A DNA stretch of 64,000 bases from Gemmatales bacterium (lineage in GTDB: Bacteria; Planctomycetota; Planctomycetia; Gemmatales; HRBIN36): assembly GCA_041640595.1 (NCBI GenBank), contig JBEPZY010000003.1, positions 316,242 through 380,241 on the forward strand. Direction: 5' to 3'. Below, in pieces: positions 30,564 through 40,861 of this stretch; position 1 is the first letter of the stretch, and every line of letters begins with the position of its first letter. The notes beneath the pieces are model-generated. The model saw only the letters and a program-made list of their open reading frames with translations. It did not search any database and was not told the DNA's origin. Made by a program: the position numbers and the translations under genes.

Positions 30564-31715
30564 ATGGGGAGGCACGCGGCCATGAAGCCAGCGCTGAGCT
30601 TTGCAGGTTCCGCCACGGTTGCTCCTGTCGGAGAACGGGAAATGTGTCCGCGAGAAATGCGCCGCAGAACAGACGGACGTTTCGCATGGCGGATATGGGC
30701 GGGATGGATGGCGCTCGTCCTGGCAGCGCAGCTTGTGCTGGCTGGCGGACTGCTCCAGGCACAAAATCGCAGTACCGTTCGACCGTATCGAACCGACCCG
30801 CAGTTACAAGCGGCGTGGCGAAGTGCGGCATCCGCTGCCGCGAAAAGTGCCGTGCAAATTCTCGTGAACGACGAGCAGGTAGCTCTGGGCACGGTGGTCA
30901 GTGCTGATGGTTACATCCTGACCAAGGCCAGCGAGGTGAAAGGCCCAGCGACAGTGAAACTACCGGATGGCCGGGAGCTGGAAGCCCGCGTCATCGGCCG
31001 TGATGATGCTTACGATTTGCTCCTGCTCCGCGTGCCGGTGCGGGGGCTGCCGCCGGTGAACTGGGCCAATAGCCAGACGGCAGCCGTGGGAAGCTGGGTC
31101 ATCGCTCCGCGACCCAATGGTGAAGTAGCCACTGTCGGGGTGGTGAGCGTTGCCACCCGGCAGGTGCCCGCGCGAGGTCCCGGTTCGTATCCGAATCCCA
31201 ACGTGGGGTACATGGGGGTAACCCTGGCTCCGTCGGAAGACGGGCCGGTTGTTACCGAGGTGGCCGAAGGCAGCCCGGCTCAGAAAGCCGGTCTCCGGCG
31301 GGGAGATGTCATCTACTCCCTGGCCGGTCAGCGTGTTCGCAATCCCGACCAGTTGCTGGACGTCCTGCGTGATTTTGCCCCGGGTCAGACGGTGCGACTG
31401 GTATTACTGCGGGATCAGGAGTTCGTGGAGAAAGAGGTGACGCTGGGCAAACGCCCGATGGACTTCTCGCGGGCGGAATTCCAGAACCGGCTGGGGAACC
31501 AGTTGAGCGAGAAACGTTCTGGCTTTCCGATAGTGCTGCAACACGATGGCGTGATTCGGCCACAGGATTGCGGCGGGCCGCTCGTGAACCTCGACGGCCA
31601 AGTGATCGGCATCAACATCGCCCGCGCCGGCCGATCCGAATCCTATGCGATCCCCGCGGAAGTCATCCAGAAGTTGTTGCCGCAACTTATCCAGGGGAAG
31701 GGCGTCTCGCGTTAG
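30564..31715 (+). CDS. Atypical trypsin-like protein with internal PDZ domain and altered catalytic residues
   Basis: GYILTKASEV (no His); PDZ lies before QHDGVIRPQDCGGPL (Ser replaced by Cys); start uncertain. Confidence 0.8.
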   Translation: MGRHAAMKPALSFAGSATVAPVGEREMCPREMRRRTDGRFAWRIWAGWMALVLAAQLVLAGGLLQAQNRSTVRPYRTDPQLQAAWRSAASAAAKSAVQILVNDEQVALGTVVSADGYILTKASEVKGPATVKLPDGRELEARVIGRDDAYDLLLLRVPVRGLPPVNWANSQTAAVGSWVIAPRPNGEVATVGVVSVATRQVPARGPGSYPNPNVGYMGVTLAPSEDGPVVTEVAEGSPAQKAGLRRGDVIYSLAGQRVRNPDQLLDVLRDFAPGQTVRLVLLRDQEFVEKEVTLGKRPMDFSRAEFQNRLGNQLSEKRSGFPIVLQHDGVIRPQDCGGPLVNLDGQVIGINIARAGRSESYAIPAEVIQKLLPQLIQGKGVSR

Positions 31716-31725
31716 CTGACCGTTC

Positions 31726-32997
31726 TGGTGGCATACGCGGATGCTATTGCAGATATGCGTTTCGCTATACCGGCACGCTGCGTTTGCCACGGGGGGCTGA
31801 CGCCAGCCGCTCTTGGTTGCACGTGCGGATGCTATTGCAGATATGCGTTTCGCTATACCGGGGCGATAAGTTTGCCACGGGGGGCTGACGCCCCCCGCTC
31901 CCGCTGCTGTAATAACGACAGTGCGTCGAGCGAATGGCGATTTTCGGGATGCACAAACGCACATTCACAAGAGCGGCGGGCGTGAGCCCGCCGTGGTTTC
32001 GGAAACCGTGTTCGCAACGGGTATCGTCTATCGCGGGGTGATTGCGTTTCTCGCGCATGACCAACGCCCGCACCACGGCTGGCTGACGCCGGCCGCTCCT
32101 CTGGTTGCGTGTACGGATGCTATTGCAGATATGCGATTCCCTGAACGGGCACGCTAAGTTTGCCACGGGGGGCTGACGCCCCCCGCTCCTGGTGCTGTAA
32201 TAACGACAGTGCGTCGAGCGAATGGCGATTTTCGGGATGCACAAACGCACATTCACAAGAGCGGCGGGCGTGAGCCCGCCGTGGGTGCAATTGGCGCCTG
32301 CAACGGCGGGCGTTTTTGTCGGCAGCGATACGACGGTACGCCGCGGGAGTCGGGCATTATCCGGCGAAAATCGGACCGAGAAACAAGAGCGGCGGGCGTG
32401 AGCCCGCCGTGGGTATGGCGAAAGGAACGTTGCTTGTCATAAGCCGGGAGCGCAGTTTCGAGCGCGGGCTGCTTGCCACGGGGGGCTGACGCCGGCCGCG
32501 CCTCTGGTTGCGTGTACGGATGCTATTGCAGATATGCGATTCCCTGTAGGAGCACGCTACGTTTGCCACGGGGGTCTGACGCCCCCCGCTCCTGGTTGCG
32601 TGTACGGATGCTATTGCAGATATGCGATTCCCTGAACGGGCGCGCTAAGTTTGCCACGGGGGGCTGACGCCCCCCGCTCTTGATGCTGTAATAACGACCG
32701 TGCGTCGGGCGAATGGCGATTTTCGGGATGCACAAACGCACATTCACAAGAGCGGCGGGCGTGAGCCCGCCGTGGGTGCAATTGGCGCCTGCAACGGCGG
32801 GCGTTTTTGTCGGGAGCGATACGACGGTACGCCGCGGGAGTCGGGCATTATCCGGCGAAAATCGGACCGAGAAACAAGAGCGGCGGGCGTGAGCCCGCCG
32901 TGGGTATGGCGAAAGGAACGTTGCGTGTCATAAGCCGGGAGCGCAGTTTCGAGCGCGGGCTGTTTGCCACGGGGGGCTGACGCCCCCCGCTCCTGGT
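31726..32997. repeat. Large REP mosaic cluster including a ~400 bp direct duplication (offset 491 bp)
   Basis: About a dozen hairpin copies in both orientations; ~32101-32490 is repeated from 32592. Confidence 0.92.
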
Positions 32998-33014
32998 GCA
33001 CGGGGTGCGTTGCG

Positions 33015-34106
33015 TTATGGGCGTGGCAGTTTCGTCCAGTTGCTGGTCGTGAACACGCGAACCGGGACGGTATCCCTGCCGGTCGGCGACTTAGGTTCGC
33101 CCGCGGACGATTTGGCTGTGTCGTCAGCCAGGAGGAAACGAGCCGCAAAGCCAGTCTGTTTTTCCACCAGCGGTAAACCTTTCTCGGGGCCAAGCACGCA
33201 CAAAGTGGTGGCCCAGGCATCGGACTGCGTCCCTGTGGGTGCCACGACGGTAGCACTGCGACGTCCCACCAGAGCCTGTCCGGTTCGCGGGTCAACAATA
33301 TGCGAATATCGCCGACCGCCAATCTCCACAAATTGTTCCAGGTCGCCGGAAGTGGATACTGCGGCTTGCCGCAGCAGGAGATATTCCGTGGCTCGGGAAC
33401 CATCTTCGATACCGGCGATAGCCACCTTCCAGCCACTGGCATGGGGCGGAGGTTCGCCGACGCGGATATCGCCACCGGCAGCGACCAGGGCGCGCGGCAA
33501 ACCATGCTGCACCAGCACCGCCAGTGCGGCATCGGCGGCGTAACCTTTGCCGATTCCGCCCAGGTCGAGAATCATGCCCGGCTGTGCAAGTTCCACCGTC
33601 TGGTGCTGTCGGTCGAGCCGGAGTTTCTGATAACCGACTAATTGCCGCGCCATTTCCAGCCGTTTGGCATCCGGCAATTGTTGCTGTCGCCGGGCTCGTC
33701 GCCACAACCGCACTACAGGTCCGACGGTAACGTCGAAGGCACCATCACTGGCCTGAGCGATCTCCTGAGCGGCAACAAGCACACCAAACAAATCTGGGCT
33801 AACTTTGACGGGTTTGCCAGCGGCTTCCCGACAGACCCGCATCAGTTCGCTGTGCTCTTTGTAATCGCTCATGGTATTATCCAATTGGGCGATGCGCTGG
33901 AAAGCAGCCTGGCATGCCTGGCGGGCTTGCTTTTCGTCTGCCGCGTAAACGACGATGCGGAAAATTGTCCCCATGTGCGGTTGCTGTGCTTCGAACCGCT
34001 CGAGAACTGCGTCGGCACTGAGGCCGGGCTTCATCCCGCACACCACCGCAACTGCCATCAGTCCCGCTGCCACCACGACTAATGCCAGTTCTCTCCGCTT
34101 GCTCAT
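33015..34106 (-). CDS. apbE: FAD:protein FMN transferase ApbE
   Basis: HMGTIF, GAFDVTVGP, LDLGGIGKGYAAD, STSGD, YSHIVDPRTG. Confidence 0.92.
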   Translation of the reverse strand: MSKRRELALVVVAAGLMAVAVVCGMKPGLSADAVLERFEAQQPHMGTIFRIVVYAADEKQARQACQAAFQRIAQLDNTMSDYKEHSELMRVCREAAGKPVKVSPDLFGVLVAAQEIAQASDGAFDVTVGPVVRLWRRARRQQQLPDAKRLEMARQLVGYQKLRLDRQHQTVELAQPGMILDLGGIGKGYAADAALAVLVQHGLPRALVAAGGDIRVGEPPPHASGWKVAIAGIEDGSRATEYLLLRQAAVSTSGDLEQFVEIGGRRYSHIVDPRTGQALVGRRSATVVAPTGTQSDAWATTLCVLGPEKGLPLVEKQTGFAARFLLADDTAKSSAGEPKSPTGRDTVPVRVFTTSNWTKLPRP

Positions 34107-34243
34107 GGTCAATCCTCGCTTGCCTGGATACCATAAGTATTACGCTCAATCGCAGCCCGCGGCTGGGGGAGATCGGCAAAAATCGGCCCGATCGGTCCCC
34201 CTGGCCTGCCTGGAGGATGACGATTTCGATCGCGGAGCCAAGC

Positions 34244-35290
34244 ATGAGGAAAACGGTTGTGGTGCTTTGGATCGCGGTCAGTGCAGGTCTGGGTTTGCAA
34301 CACGGCCTGCCTGCCGATGAGAAAAACACGCCCCACATTGATCCTCTGCCGCCGGATATGAAGCCTTACACCGAGACCATTCCCGGCACGGAGATCAAGT
34401 TTGAGATGATACCGATACCCGGCGGGGTGTTTTTGATGGGAAGCCCCGAGGATGAAGAGGGACGCAATCCTGACGAAGGTCCGCAACACCTAGTGCGCAT
34501 TCGCCCTTTCTGGATGGGCAAGTGCGAGGTGACCTGGAACGAGTACGACGAATTCGCCTTCAGCCTGGATTTGCGGCGCAAGAAGGAGGCCGGGATTGAT
34601 CTGACGAAGCAGCCGGAAAATGAAAAAGCGGCCGATGCGGTCAGTCGTCCCACTCCGCCGTACACCGACATGACTTTCGGTTATGGGCACGATGGTTACC
34701 CCGCCCTGTGCATGACGCATCACGCGGCGATGGAATATTGCCGCTGGCTATCTGCGAAGACAGGTCGGCTCTATCGCCTGCCTACCGAAGCTGAATGGGA
34801 ATACGCCTGCCGGGCCGGAACCAGGACGGCTTATTCGTTCGGCAACGATCCGTCCAAGCTCGGCGACTACGCCTGGTATGTGGACAATTCCGACGCCAAG
34901 CCCCATCCGGTCGGTCAGAAAAAGCCCAATCCCTGGGGTCTGCACGACATGCACGGCAACGTTGCCGAGTGGTGCGTGGATCATTACGACGCCAACTTCT
35001 ATCGCAAATTTCCGCCGAACGTGGCCACGCTCTGCCCTGTGCTCTTGCCGACGGAACGCCGCACTCCCCACGTCGTGCGTGGCGGTTCCTGGGACGACGA
35101 AGCTCCGATGCTTCGCAGTGCCGCTCGCCGGGCCTCTTCCAAAGAATGGTGGCGGCAGGACCCGCAGCGACCGCAAAGCATCTGGTGGCTCACTGAGGGA
35201 GTTTTCGTCGGATTTCGCGTGGTGCGACCCTATCAGGAATACGAAGTGCTCCAGGGGCTGCGCTCGAAAGTCACCCGCGACAGTCCCTGA
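34244..35290 (+). CDS. Formylglycine-generating enzyme (SUMF1/FGE-sulfatase) family secreted protein
   Basis: FLMGS..DEGPQH, YRLPTEAEWEYACRAG, NPWGLHDMHGNVAEW, GFRVVR; alternative start at 34217. Confidence 0.9.
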   Translation: MRKTVVVLWIAVSAGLGLQHGLPADEKNTPHIDPLPPDMKPYTETIPGTEIKFEMIPIPGGVFLMGSPEDEEGRNPDEGPQHLVRIRPFWMGKCEVTWNEYDEFAFSLDLRRKKEAGIDLTKQPENEKAADAVSRPTPPYTDMTFGYGHDGYPALCMTHHAAMEYCRWLSAKTGRLYRLPTEAEWEYACRAGTRTAYSFGNDPSKLGDYAWYVDNSDAKPHPVGQKKPNPWGLHDMHGNVAEWCVDHYDANFYRKFPPNVATLCPVLLPTERRTPHVVRGGSWDDEAPMLRSAARRASSKEWWRQDPQRPQSIWWLTEGVFVGFRVVRPYQEYEVLQGLRSKVTRDSP

Positions 35291-35364
35291 TTCCGAAGCG
35301 GATCGGCGATCCGCGAACCAGTCGCCTGGACTATTTTCCAGGCCCAAACTCAGGAGGACCTGCA

Positions 35365-36687
35365 ATGGCCCAAACCGAACTGACCCGACGTGAGTTTCTG
35401 GAAGAAGGTGCCCTGGTCACCACGGGCGTGGCGGCTACGCTGGCCGCCGTGCCTTTCGTCCACGCAGCCGGTTCCGATGAAATCAAGGTGGGCGTGATCG
35501 GCTGCGGTGGTCGCGGTTCCGGTGCTGCCGAAAATGTCCTGGAAGCTGCTCCGAATGTCCGCATCGTGGCGCTGTGCGATTATTTCCGCCACAAGGCCCT
35601 GGGTTTGCGCAGTCGTCTCATCAAGTTTGCCGAAAGCGAGCGCGTCAAACAACTCGGCAATAAGGTAGATGTCCCGGAAGATCGCTGCTTCGGTGGCTTA
35701 GACGGTTACCGCCGCGTTCTCGAATGCGATGTCAATTATGTCATCCTGGCCACACCGCCGGGATTCCGTCCCGAACATCTCGAAGCCTGCGTCGCCGCGG
35801 GGAAACACATCTTTACCGAAAAACCGGTGGCCGTGGACGGTGCCGGTGTGCGGCTTTGTTTCAAAGTGTACGAAGATGCACTAAAGAAAAACTTAGGTAT
35901 CGCCGCCGGTACGCAGCGCCGTCATCAAGGCCCCTATATCGAAACTATCCAGCGGATTCACGACGGCGCTCTCGGCGATCCGATTGTCGGTCGCTGTTAC
36001 TGGAATCAGGGCGACATCTGGTTCCGCAAACGCGAGTCGGGCATGACCGACCTCGATTATCAAATCCATAACTGGTACCATTTCGTCTGGCTGTGCGGCG
36101 ATCATATCGTCGAGCAGCACGTGCACAACCTGGATGTGATGAACTGGGCCCTGCGTGCCCATCCGCTTCGCTGTTTGGGTATGGGCGGCCGCACGCGACC
36201 CTATACCGACCCGCGCGTGGATGGCCATATCTATAACTTCTTCTGCGTCGAATACGAATACCCCAACGGTTTGCGTGTGCATAGCATGTGCCGGCAGATT
36301 ACCGGCTGCGATGGTAATTTGCCCGGCTCCAGCGGCGTCGCCGAGGTGCTCGTCGGTACCAAAGGCGTCTGCCAGATCAATAACTTCTCCATCAACGGGC
36401 AGTCGGTCGTCTCGCGGCAGAGCAGGACGAAGTTTGCCAATCCCTATATCCAGGAGCACACCGACCTGATCGAGAGTATCCGCGCCGGCAAACCGATCAA
36501 CGAACTCAAGAACGTTACCGAGAGCACCCTCACCGCGATCATGGGTCGGATGTCGGCCTATACGGGAAAAGTCGTCACCTGGGAACAGGCGCTTAACTCC
36601 AAGGAAAAATGGCGGCCCGAACCACTCACGCCCGATAACCTGCCGGTGCCGCCTCTGGCCGTACCAGGCAAGACCGCCCTGGTTTAA
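35365..36687 (+). CDS. Tat-exported Gfo/Idh/MocA oxidoreductase
   Basis: TRREFL Tat motif; IGCGGRG, ATPPGFRPEH, EKPV; AGGAGG RBS. Confidence 0.92.
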   Translation: MAQTELTRREFLEEGALVTTGVAATLAAVPFVHAAGSDEIKVGVIGCGGRGSGAAENVLEAAPNVRIVALCDYFRHKALGLRSRLIKFAESERVKQLGNKVDVPEDRCFGGLDGYRRVLECDVNYVILATPPGFRPEHLEACVAAGKHIFTEKPVAVDGAGVRLCFKVYEDALKKNLGIAAGTQRRHQGPYIETIQRIHDGALGDPIVGRCYWNQGDIWFRKRESGMTDLDYQIHNWYHFVWLCGDHIVEQHVHNLDVMNWALRAHPLRCLGMGGRTRPYTDPRVDGHIYNFFCVEYEYPNGLRVHSMCRQITGCDGNLPGSSGVAEVLVGTKGVCQINNFSINGQSVVSRQSRTKFANPYIQEHTDLIESIRAGKPINELKNVTESTLTAIMGRMSAYTGKVVTWEQALNSKEKWRPEPLTPDNLPVPPLAVPGKTALV

Positions 36688-36724
36688 CCGCAGCGGCAAT
36701 CTCCGCCTGATCGCACTCCTGCCA

Positions 36725-36996
36725 GCTTATCATCGCTGACGCTTCGCCTCGCTGGTGCTGCGCGCCTGCTGCGTCACCTTCATTCAGGCTTCACGCTTCC
36801 TTTATGGCCCGCTTGCGTATCCTCGCTGACATTGCGCGCATAGTGCCTCGCATTCAGTCCTGCTTCGCACTCGTTTGATGGCCCGATGGCTTATCCAGGC
36901 TGATGTTGCGCACCTAGTACATCGCCTTTAGTCGTGCCGCACAATCGCTCAATGCCCGATTGCTTATCCTCGCTGCTGTTGCGCGCGTGGTGCACC
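36725..36996. repeat. Degenerate tandem repeat (73-74 bp period) directly upstream of the CRISPR-like array
   Basis: gc(t/g)tatc..(c/g)gctg..(g/a)ttgcgc core at 36725, 36815, 36889 and 36962. Confidence 0.65.
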
Positions 36997-37181
36997 GTGC
37001 CAGGCTCCCAGTCCGACACGCGCCCGCCGCGACGGGGACGAGCCGGGAGTACCGATTCCTGGCCCCGTAGTGTCAGGCTCCCAGTGCGACGTGGGCCCGC
37101 TGCGACCCCGGGAAGTGGGGGGCGTAGCTCAACTGGTTAGAGTGGTGCCCGGCTCCCAGTGCGACACGCGCGTACTGCGAC
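36997..37181 (+). CRISPR. Orphan degenerate CRISPR-like array: 3 x 37 bp repeats, spacers 36 and 38 bp
   Basis: Repeats at 36997-37033, 37070-37106 and 37145-37181, consensus GTGCCAGGCTCCCAGTGCGACACGCGCCCGCTGCGAC (R1 differs from R2 and from R3 at 6 positions each); unrelated spacers; GT..GAC ends. Confidence 0.7.
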
Positions 37182-37310
37182 ACAGTGTGTGCTCCATCGC
37201 CGGCTAGCCGCTTGACCATCCCACCGCGGCATAACTGGTGCGTCCGGTCGGCTCACTGCCGGTCTGGCGCTTTGGCAGGCGCTTTGCCACCGGCGAACGA
37301 TCGTGCTGCA

Positions 37311-37625
37311 ACCAAGAGCGGGGGGCGTCAGCCCCGTGGGTCCGCTACCGAGACTGCACCGGCGTTTGTGAGCACACTGCCGGCAGTCTCCCCGACTTTC
37401 CGGAAGCGTTCCTGCAATTGCGTTTACCGAACCGCTCTTGGTTGTGTGTTCGGCCGTTGCTGAATAACATCGGCTCCTCACGGCGCAGCGATCGTATGTC
37501 CGAACCACGGCGGGCTGACGCCCGCCGCTCCTGTTGATGTGCGCTTGTGCATCGTGGAGGGCGATTTCTTCTCACAACGCAAGTAGTGCACAAAGAGCGG
37601 CTGGCGTGCGTAAGCCAGCCGTGGT
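37311..37625. repeat. REP mosaic cluster
   Basis: caagagcggggggcgtcagccccgtggg, ccacggcgggctgacgcccgccgctcctg and others; linkers shared with the 42-43 kb cluster. Confidence 0.88.
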
Positions 37626-37726
37626 ACATGAGCTGACATAGGGAGAAAAAATTGCACATTCAGTCCCAGGGCGTGCCTGTCGCCGCCAGGGACGTTGAAG
37701 GCCATTGCACTGTTCGGCGGAAGGTA

Positions 37727-38953
37727 TTACGGCAGCGTCCCTGCTACGGACTCGAAGTTCACAATTTCGACAGCCACATTCAGGCCGCTATTGCCGCTGC
37801 CGCCAATACTGTCATTGCCGCTGCCGCCGTCGAACAGGTCCAGATGCGGCGGCCCAGGTTGGAAGGTGTTGCTGTTCAGCGTGACGGTATCGTCGCCGGC
37901 GCCCATGTCGGCGGTAACATTACTCGACGAGAAGGAAGAGTTCTGAATGGTCAAGAAATCATTGCCGGCCAGCGTGCGGATATTCGTCGGGCCCAGCAGC
38001 ACGCTGATTTTGTCCAGCGCGATATTGTCCACGCCGGAGCCACCCAGGATGGAGAGCAGACCGAAATCGGTGGACGTCGTCCCATTACCAATGTTCAGCA
38101 GGTTTGCCCCGTCGCCCAGAACTATGGCTGCCCCGAGGGTAACGCTAACGGCCGTCGTCGTGCCGATGTTCACCGTGTCATCGCCGAGACCGGTGTTCAG
38201 CGAAAGGATTTTGTACGTTCCATCGTCCAGCGTCACCTGATCATCGCCATCGCCGGTGCCAATGGTCAACGGGCCCGAAGAAACGTCAGCCCCATCCAGC
38301 TTCACCTGATCGTCGCCGGTCTGAGTGCGGATGGTCAGGCTGGCATTGAACGTCGTTGAGCCTGTGATGTTGACCGTAGAATCCATATCGCTGCCGCGGA
38401 TGGCAGTCGGTTTGTCGAAGGTAGCGTTATCTATGCTGACGGATTCATTTAGGGAACCCGTGTCCAGGGAAATGCTGACGGAAGACGAGAAATGGGAGCC
38501 GTTGTTGATGGTGACGCTGTCATCGCCGCCGCCGCCGCGAATGGTAGTGGTGCGAGCTACGGAGACATTGGCCACCTCGAGGGTGTCGTTGTCGTTGCCG
38601 CCGTTATACTGTAGCAGCCGCGATAAAGTCAGGCCGGTAACCGTATTGCCCGGCGTTTTGCCGAGAGTCACCGAATCGTCGCCATCGTTCATACGGATGT
38701 CGAGACCGGCGACGTTCGCCGCCAGGAAGGACACCGATGGGTTGCCGTTGACGGTTGTACTGCTGCTGCCTTCAACAACAACATTACTACCTTGCAGATA
38801 CACGAAAACGCTGTTGCTCTGCGCGTCGCCGACAATGCGCAGGGTGCCGCCGACCAGCGTGGCCGACACGTTCCCCGCGGGGACAGTGCGATCTTCCAGG
38901 ATTTCGACCCGCAGCGATTGCTGCCGAACCTTGCCATCACCGAGCCAGGACAT
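37727..38953 (-). CDS. Planctomycete extracellular LEPR-XLL-like beta-helix protein (third paralog)
   Basis: LRVEILEDRTVPAGNV and GxGDD repeats; AAGGAG RBS. Confidence 0.87.
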   Translation of the reverse strand: MSWLGDGKVRQQSLRVEILEDRTVPAGNVSATLVGGTLRIVGDAQSNSVFVYLQGSNVVVEGSSSTTVNGNPSVSFLAANVAGLDIRMNDGDDSVTLGKTPGNTVTGLTLSRLLQYNGGNDNDTLEVANVSVARTTTIRGGGGDDSVTINNGSHFSSSVSISLDTGSLNESVSIDNATFDKPTAIRGSDMDSTVNITGSTTFNASLTIRTQTGDDQVKLDGADVSSGPLTIGTGDGDDQVTLDDGTYKILSLNTGLGDDTVNIGTTTAVSVTLGAAIVLGDGANLLNIGNGTTSTDFGLLSILGGSGVDNIALDKISVLLGPTNIRTLAGNDFLTIQNSSFSSSNVTADMGAGDDTVTLNSNTFQPGPPHLDLFDGGSGNDSIGGSGNSGLNVAVEIVNFESVAGTLP

Positions 38954-39639
38954 GGGTTACTCCTTTCCTCCGCGTTAGGAGTGCTCACAGGTGTCAGCGG
39001 CACAGACCCGGTGTCCGTGCCAGGCTGTCGAACGGGTGATCGCGGAACCGGCGTTTCGCAAATGACCCTCGGACAGGCTCTTCCCCCTGGTGTGGCCCCG
39101 GTGCAACCTTTAGTGTAGCAAAACCTGTAGTCTGGTGCAACGAGAAAATTGAGCTAACACAGAAAATTTACAAAAGATTGGAGCCGGGCAACTGACCGAC
39201 CGCCCGGACGACGCTTACGGAAGTCGGCGATTCGTTTTCGGCTATGCGTGGAAGAGGCGGCTAATGAATGGGGATAAGCGTGGGTCTGTTGTGCTGGCGC
39301 GGTTATTCTGTCTCCTGGGTGCGTTATGCAGGGACTGTGCTGACTGTCCGTAGCGGGTGCGGAAAATAGCGTTGGCGGGATGGCCGGGAACGGGATTTGG
39401 CCGACCAGCGTGGAGGACTGCCCCAGGTCCTGTGAGTTAGCCGAGCAGGGACGACGCCGTGTGGAGTCCGACGTTCGTTGTAAATGCTGCAATTTCAGCC
39501 GGACGGTTTCGGCGTGGGTGGTTTGCGGCTTATACAATGAAGCGACCCGGAACATGCGCCCGACCAAAGGGCCAAGATGGAAGCCGCCGGGGTCGGTATC
39601 GCAAACCGCGGATCAGCCACGCAGTAACCAGGAGGCACT

Positions 39640-40722
39640 ATGGCGGAGAAAGTGGTGATCATTGGATCGGGGCCGGCGGGATGGACAGCGGCAATCTACG
39701 CCGCCCGGGCTAACCTGAAGCCGCTGGTTTTTGAAGGAGCGGTGCACGAGGCGAACCGGCTCAAAGGAACGTTGCCGCTGGGGCAGTTGAACCTGACGAC
39801 GGAGGTGGAAAATTTCCCCGCCTGGCCACACGTCGAAACCGAGGTGTTGCAGGCTTTTTCACGCAGTGCCCTGCCGCCTGAGCGGTACGAAAACCTGCGT
39901 GGTTTTTACGAGGGCAAGTCCGCTCATCGCGGTAAACGAGCAGTCTTCGGGCCGGAGTTGATGGAATACATGCGGCAACAGGCGGTCAATTTCGGGGCGC
40001 GGATCATTACCGACGACATCGTGGCGGTGGATTTCCGCCGGCATCCGTTTGTTTTGACCAGTGGCGAAGGGCAGACCATCGAAGCGCTGGCGGTGATCGT
40101 GGCTACGGGAGCGCGAGCCAACTATCTCGGCTTGCCCTCGGAGGAGCGCTTCAAGAACAACGGTGTTTCCGCCTGCGCAGTTTGCGATGGTGCTTTGCCA
40201 CGGTTTCGCAATCGGCCTCTGGTCGTCGTGGGCGGCGGTGATTCTGCTGTAGAGGAAAGCACCTATTTGACCAAATTCGCCAGTGTCGTTTACCTGGTGC
40301 ATCGCCGCGATCAGTTGCGGGCCAGCAAGATCATGCAGGAACGGCTCTTCAAGAACCCGAAAATCGTGGTCAAGTGGAACCGTGTCGTCGAGGAGATTCT
40401 CGGCACCGACGAACAAGGCGTAACTGGCGTGCGTTTGAAAAGCACGGTGGACGACACCCGTGAGGTGCTGGAAGTCAGCGGCGTGTTCCTGGCAATTGGT
40501 CATACGCCCAACACCGACTTTTTGCGTGGTCAGCTGGAGCTGGATGAAAAGGGGTACATCGTCCTGACCCGACCGCACGCGACTTATACCAGCGTCGAAG
40601 GCGTGTTTGCCGCGGGCGATGTTGCGGATCCCCACTACCGTCAAGCGGTCACCGCTGCCGGCACCGGTTGCATGGCTGCCCTCGACGCCGAGCGCTGGCT
40701 CGCCAGCAAAGGTTGGGTATGA
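39640..40722 (+). CDS. trxB: Thioredoxin reductase
   Basis: [30 protein letters not shown]; insertion after TTEVENFP. Confidence 0.95.
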   Translation: MAEKVVIIGSGPAGWTAAIYAARANLKPLVFEGAVHEANRLKGTLPLGQLNLTTEVENFPAWPHVETEVLQAFSRSALPPERYENLRGFYEGKSAHRGKRAVFGPELMEYMRQQAVNFGARIITDDIVAVDFRRHPFVLTSGEGQTIEALAVIVATGARANYLGLPSEERFKNNGVSACAVCDGALPRFRNRPLVVVGGGDSAVEESTYLTKFASVVYLVHRRDQLRASKIMQERLFKNPKIVVKWNRVVEEILGTDEQGVTGVRLKSTVDDTREVLEVSGVFLAIGHTPNTDFLRGQLELDEKGYIVLTRPHATYTSVEGVFAAGDVADPHYRQAVTAAGTGCMAALDAERWLASKGWV

Positions 40723-40861
40723 TAGCCAAGGCCACCGATACGTTTCCGCTGCTCAGCGCTCCCATCGGCTGTTGTATGGCCACGCTGGAGCGGCTAAGCT
40801 AAATGCTACCCGCAAGCGGAGGCTTTGCGAGACGACTTAACTGCCACATGCGGATTGGGGC

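Noticed and set aside
29031..30764. 577 aa minus-strand ORF
   Set aside because: Shadow of the HtrA gene; no recognisable motifs.
31726..32997. ORFs (e.g. 31765-32256, 32523-32747) or a CRISPR call inside the REP clusters, also at 42-43.8 kb and 63.5 kb
   Set aside because: The ORFs are translations of the repeat (HGGLTPAA/SGGRQPP) without an RBS or domain. Hairpins occur in both orientations and the linkers recur.
37118..37200. tRNA gene starting GGGGGCGTAGCTCAACTGGTTAGAG
   Set aside because: Only positions 1-27 are present. No anticodon arm, T-arm (GTTCRA) or 3' acceptor strand follows; the sequence continues as repeat 3 of the array.
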